This document shows positions 60,345 to 64,000 of a DNA stretch of 64,000 nucleotides, one piece after another. How positions within the stretch are numbered: position 1 is the first letter of the stretch; each line of letters begins with the position of its first letter. Below the pieces are notes generated by a model. The model did no database searches. It was not told the DNA's origin and worked only from the letters and a program-made list of their open reading frames with translations. The translations under genes and the position numbers were made by a program. Origin of the DNA: a bacterium (GTDB taxonomy: Bacteria; JADJOY01); contig JAXLQJ010000033.1 of the NCBI GenBank assembly GCA_046331705.1, positions 1 to 64,000 of the forward strand. The letters are read 5' to 3'.

Positions 60345-63300
60345 TTGGCGCTCGAGCTCCTCGACCACTGCAGGTTCACCGGCCCCGCGCTGCCGGAGCC
60401 CTTCGTGCGCTTCGACCTCGAAGCAGCACTGTTGGCAGCGGACCTTCTGCCCAAACCCAAGGATCTTGCGGACGGCTGGGACTTCCACCGCCGTAAGCTC
60501 CGCGACCTTGGCGAACGCGGCGGAAGCGTCCGGGTGCTCAACCACGTCGTTGAGCCCCTTCTCGAACCCCTCGGTTACACACGGATCGAAGCGGCGATCG
60601 AGATCACCACCCGCGAGGGCCCCGAGCACGGCGGACACCTCCTGGTGAGCGCCGACGGCGCGCATCGTCTGCGGGTTTGGGTACACGGCTTCGACGAGGA
60701 CCTTGATGCCCCGCCGAGCCGAGCCGCTTACCGGTTCAGCCCGGTGCGCATCGCTCAGCGGGTGCTCCTCGCCGCCGGCGAGCGTGAAGGTCTGATCACG
60801 AACGGTGCTGAACTCCGAATTCTCATCTCCGACCCCGCCCGACCTGACTCGGAGATCTCGATCGATCTGGCCGCTGATTGGCGCCGTGCCCGCAACGTGC
60901 CCGATTCCTTCCGCTTGCTGGTCGCGCTCGCCTCGCCCAAGGGCGTCGCCGCGGTCCCGGACCTCGTGGAGAAGGCCCGGCCCAGCAGGCCCGAGTCACC
61001 AAGAACTGCGCAGTCAAGCCCGCGAGGCGATCGAGGGGTTCGTCCAGGAAGTCCTCAAACTTTCATCCGCGCAACCGCGAAATCCTCGCCGCTCACCCAG
61101 ACCGGGAAACCCTGGCCCGGACTTCTGGCGGGAAGGTTCGATTACCGTCTATCGGCTGCTCTTCATCCTCAAGCTCGAGTCCACCGACGATCCGGCGCGC
61201 GCCTTCCCCTTCGCGTCATCGAGCCTGTGGCGGAAGACCTTCTCACCGTCGACCGCGCTCGCCCCATTCGTCCGTGCGCGCCTCGACGAGCAGGCCGAAA
61301 CCGGCGCGCTCCTCGAGACTGGTCTTCGCAATCTGTTCCGGATGTTCACCGAAGGGCTCGCGGCGCCGGAGATCCACGTCGCGCCGCTCGGCGGCGCGCT
61401 TTTCGGCCCCAACGCGACGCCGTTGCTCACCAGCCCTGCGCTGGGGCGACCGCCGTGGCCCACCTCATCGACCGGCCCGACCGAACCCCAACGAAGCGGA
61501 CGAGCTCGCGAGCGCGTCTACTACGGCCCGCTCGATGTCGAGGACCTCGGTCGGGTTCACGAAGCCCTCCTCGAGTTCGAGCCCGGTATGGCCACCGAGC
61601 CGATGTGCCGCCTCCGCCGCCAGAAACTCGAGGTCGTCGTCCCCTCGCCCAAGGTGAGCGCTACCGAGCGGCTACCGAATCGCCTGAACCTCACGTCACC
61701 AACCCCGACGGCCTGGGCCGAGGGCGGCGCCCGTCGCCGCCGCTCTCGATGATGCCGAGGCCTCCGCAGAAGAGAGCGACGCCAGCATTGACGAACCAGA
61801 AATCGCTGACGAATCCACCGAGCCCAAGCGCGGCAAGAAGACCAAGGTCGAATGGATCGAAGCTGATCCACCCCGGCCGCTTCTACCTGCGCGTCGGCCT
61901 CGGCCGAAATCCAGCGGCCTTACTACACCCCGCACTCGTTCGTCCGATTCCTGGTCCAAGAGACCCCGGCCCCCAGGTCGCGGAACGAAGCCCCACGGCG
62001 GATCCCAACCCCGCCGCAATCCTCGCCCTCAAAGGTCCTCGACCCCGCGATGGGGAGCGGTCACTTCCTCGTTGAAGCCTGCCGCTTCCTCGGAGAGAAG
62101 CTCTACGAAGCCTGCCGCCTCTTGCGACGAGAGAGCTCGGGAAGCCGAAGCGCGAGCCGAGACGGCCATCGACCCGGACCGCGAAACCGCCCGAACCGGC
62201 CGGCCCGCAATGGCGTGCCCGCCTCCTCGGCCCCTCCCGGACCCCAACGACGAGCTCGCCTATCCTCCCGACCCACGCAATCGAAGACACCGCGAGAGGC
62301 ACTTCCGGAGCGGAAGGCTCCCCGCCTCGCCGCCGGCTCGTCGCTGTGCACTGCCTGTACGGCGTCGACAAGAACCCACTCGCTGTCGAACTGGGCGAAG
62401 CTCTCGCCAGCCTCGAATCCCACGCCGAGGGTCTACCCTCACGTTTCTCGATCATCGACTGGTGCTCGGCGACGCGTTGACCGGCCCGTTCTTCGAGCAC
62501 CTACTGACATTCCCGGGAACCCAACAGCCGCTCGACGACCTGTTCACCAAGGGCCTGCGAGAGCAGCTCACCAAAGTGCTCGCCGCCGCCCTCGTCCACG
62601 TCCGTGAGCTGGAAGCCACCGTCGGCGTCACCCTCGCCGACCTCCTCGCAAAACAGGCGGCGATGGCGAAGCTGAACGCGGCGCTCGCGCCCTTCCACAC
62701 TCTCGCCGCTGTCTGGGCCGGCGGCGTGATGCTCGGTGGCCGCGCCTGCGACGACGTCGGCTACGGGGACCTCACACGCTCCATCGCGGACCACGGCGTT
62801 GCAGACCCGGCGGCCCTCTCGCACCCCACCATGGGCCGGATGCTCGCAACCGGCATTGGCGCAACTGGAGGCGCCCAGGCAGGCCCAGACGCGCCCCGCG
62901 CTCTCCCCTACGACCTCACCTTTCCCGAAGTCTTCTTCCCCACCGGCTCAGCCGTCGCCAAACGTGGATTCGACGTCGTGCTGGGCAACCCACCGTGGGA
63001 CGCGATTCAGTTCAAGTCCAAGGAATTCTTCGCCGCGTTCGACTTCGAAATCTTGAGCGCACCCACGAAGCGTGAACGTGAGCGAATGGAGGTAGAAGCC
63101 CTCCAGGCCCCAGCAGTGCGAGCCCTGCTCGAGCACTACAAGGAGGACTTCGAGCAGCAGAAGCGGGCCAACGACGTCCTCTACCGCTACCAGAAGGTCC
63201 AGATCGAAGGCGACCTCGCTGGGCGGCAGCTTGATGCGTTCCGGGTGTTCATGGAACGGAATGCGCAGCTTCTCGCACCGACCGGGTGCTTGACCGGTGT

Positions 63301-63967
63301 CGTTGTCCTATCCGCCTTCCACGCCAACGAGGGTGCAACTGGCGTTCGGCGGCTGTATCTCGAAGAAATGGGCCTACGCTGCTGCTACTCGTTTGAGAAC
63401 CGGCGGAAACTCTTCGAGATCGACTCGCGGTTCAAGTTTGCGATCATCCTTGCATCGCGAACGGGACCGACCCTCGAGTTCCCATGCGCATTCTACCTTC
63501 ATGACGACGAGTGGCTCTTCCAACCGAGGGCAGCGATCCGATACAGCTTGGCGTTCGTACGTCGCACTGGCGGACCTCACTTGAGCATCATTGAACTTCG
63601 CTGCCGAATGGATCAGATGATTGCGAATCAAATGCATCAATGCGCACAATCGTTTGTCGGCGTTACGAGCCGGCTGGGTGTGCGGCTTCAAAAGAGTCCT
63701 GCCGCTCTGGACATATCCAAGTACAGCCGACGCTTTGAAGAGGCTCCACGGCATACTCATAAGCATGAGCATCCCGTCCGTGGATCTGCCCTCCTGGAAG
63801 ATTGGTGGTACACGAAGGCAAGACATTTCGCGATTTCGGACGACAGATGGGGATCACATCCTCGCTATTTGCTTCCATTAGCAAAGGCGAACGACTTGCC
63901 GCTTCACGTGGAGCGAGCATGTGACTATCAAATTGCAATTAAAGAAAAATTTCTGCTCAACAAATGA
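60345..63967 (+). pseudogene. Large type IIG/Eco57I-like (DrmMI-like) N6-adenine DNA methyltransferase, multiply frameshifted in this sequence
   Basis: Motifs in correct order across three frames: [36 protein letters not shown] (61921), [12 protein letters not shown] (62035), [13 protein letters not shown] (62355), GFDVVLGNPPW (~62965), FENRRKLFEID; frameshifts may be sequencing errors. Confidence 0.8.
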
Positions 63968-64000
63968 GCGCACAATCATCGCATCCCTTATGCCTCCTGG

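Larger units (their letters stand above)
57000..64000. other. Left part of a putative horizontally acquired defence island
   Basis: More A/T-ending codons from ~57000, strongest after ~63300 (by eye); defence-type gene content; no integrase or att site seen. Confidence 0.6.

Noticed and set aside
60970-62450. Programmed frameshifting or phase variation of the methyltransferase
   Set aside because: Too many scattered indels and no long simple-sequence repeat tract or slippery site

Overview
64 kb of a very high-GC bacterial chromosome; gene content suggests a Myxococcota/deltaproteobacterial-type lineage (inference only). About 45 real CDSs are present. The many long Arg/Ala/Pro-rich ORFs in the track are high-GC shadow frames. 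Housekeeping and metabolic genes include fadI-fadJ, prfC, trxC, two PAS hybrid kinases, a glycosyltransferase pair, TolC, an MFS transporter, dehydrogenases and an M81 peptidase. Most notable are: (1) a two-gene operon of a caspase-family protease plus a ~1210-aa fusion of alpha/beta-hydrolase, CHAT protease and an unrecognised C-terminal domain, with catalytic motifs apparently intact, a candidate protease-activated immunity/cell-death module; (2) an envelope cluster of two coupled FadL-like barrels, a glycosidase-like propeller lipoprotein, a membrane/propeller fusion, a B12 radical SAM enzyme, a membrane SGNH hydrolase and a 12-repeat propeller lipoprotein; (3) the left edge of a DISARM-class-I-like island (DrmD-like SNF2 helicase plus a large, densely frameshifted N6-methyltransferase); (4) a stand-alone ComEC-like MBL hydrolase, a P-loop-less STAND-like protein, a DUF3667-like pseudogene and a probable CTG-initiated lipoprotein. 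No rRNA, tRNA, CRISPR array, integrase or transposase was recognised. Family assignments come from motifs read by eye, not from database searches.
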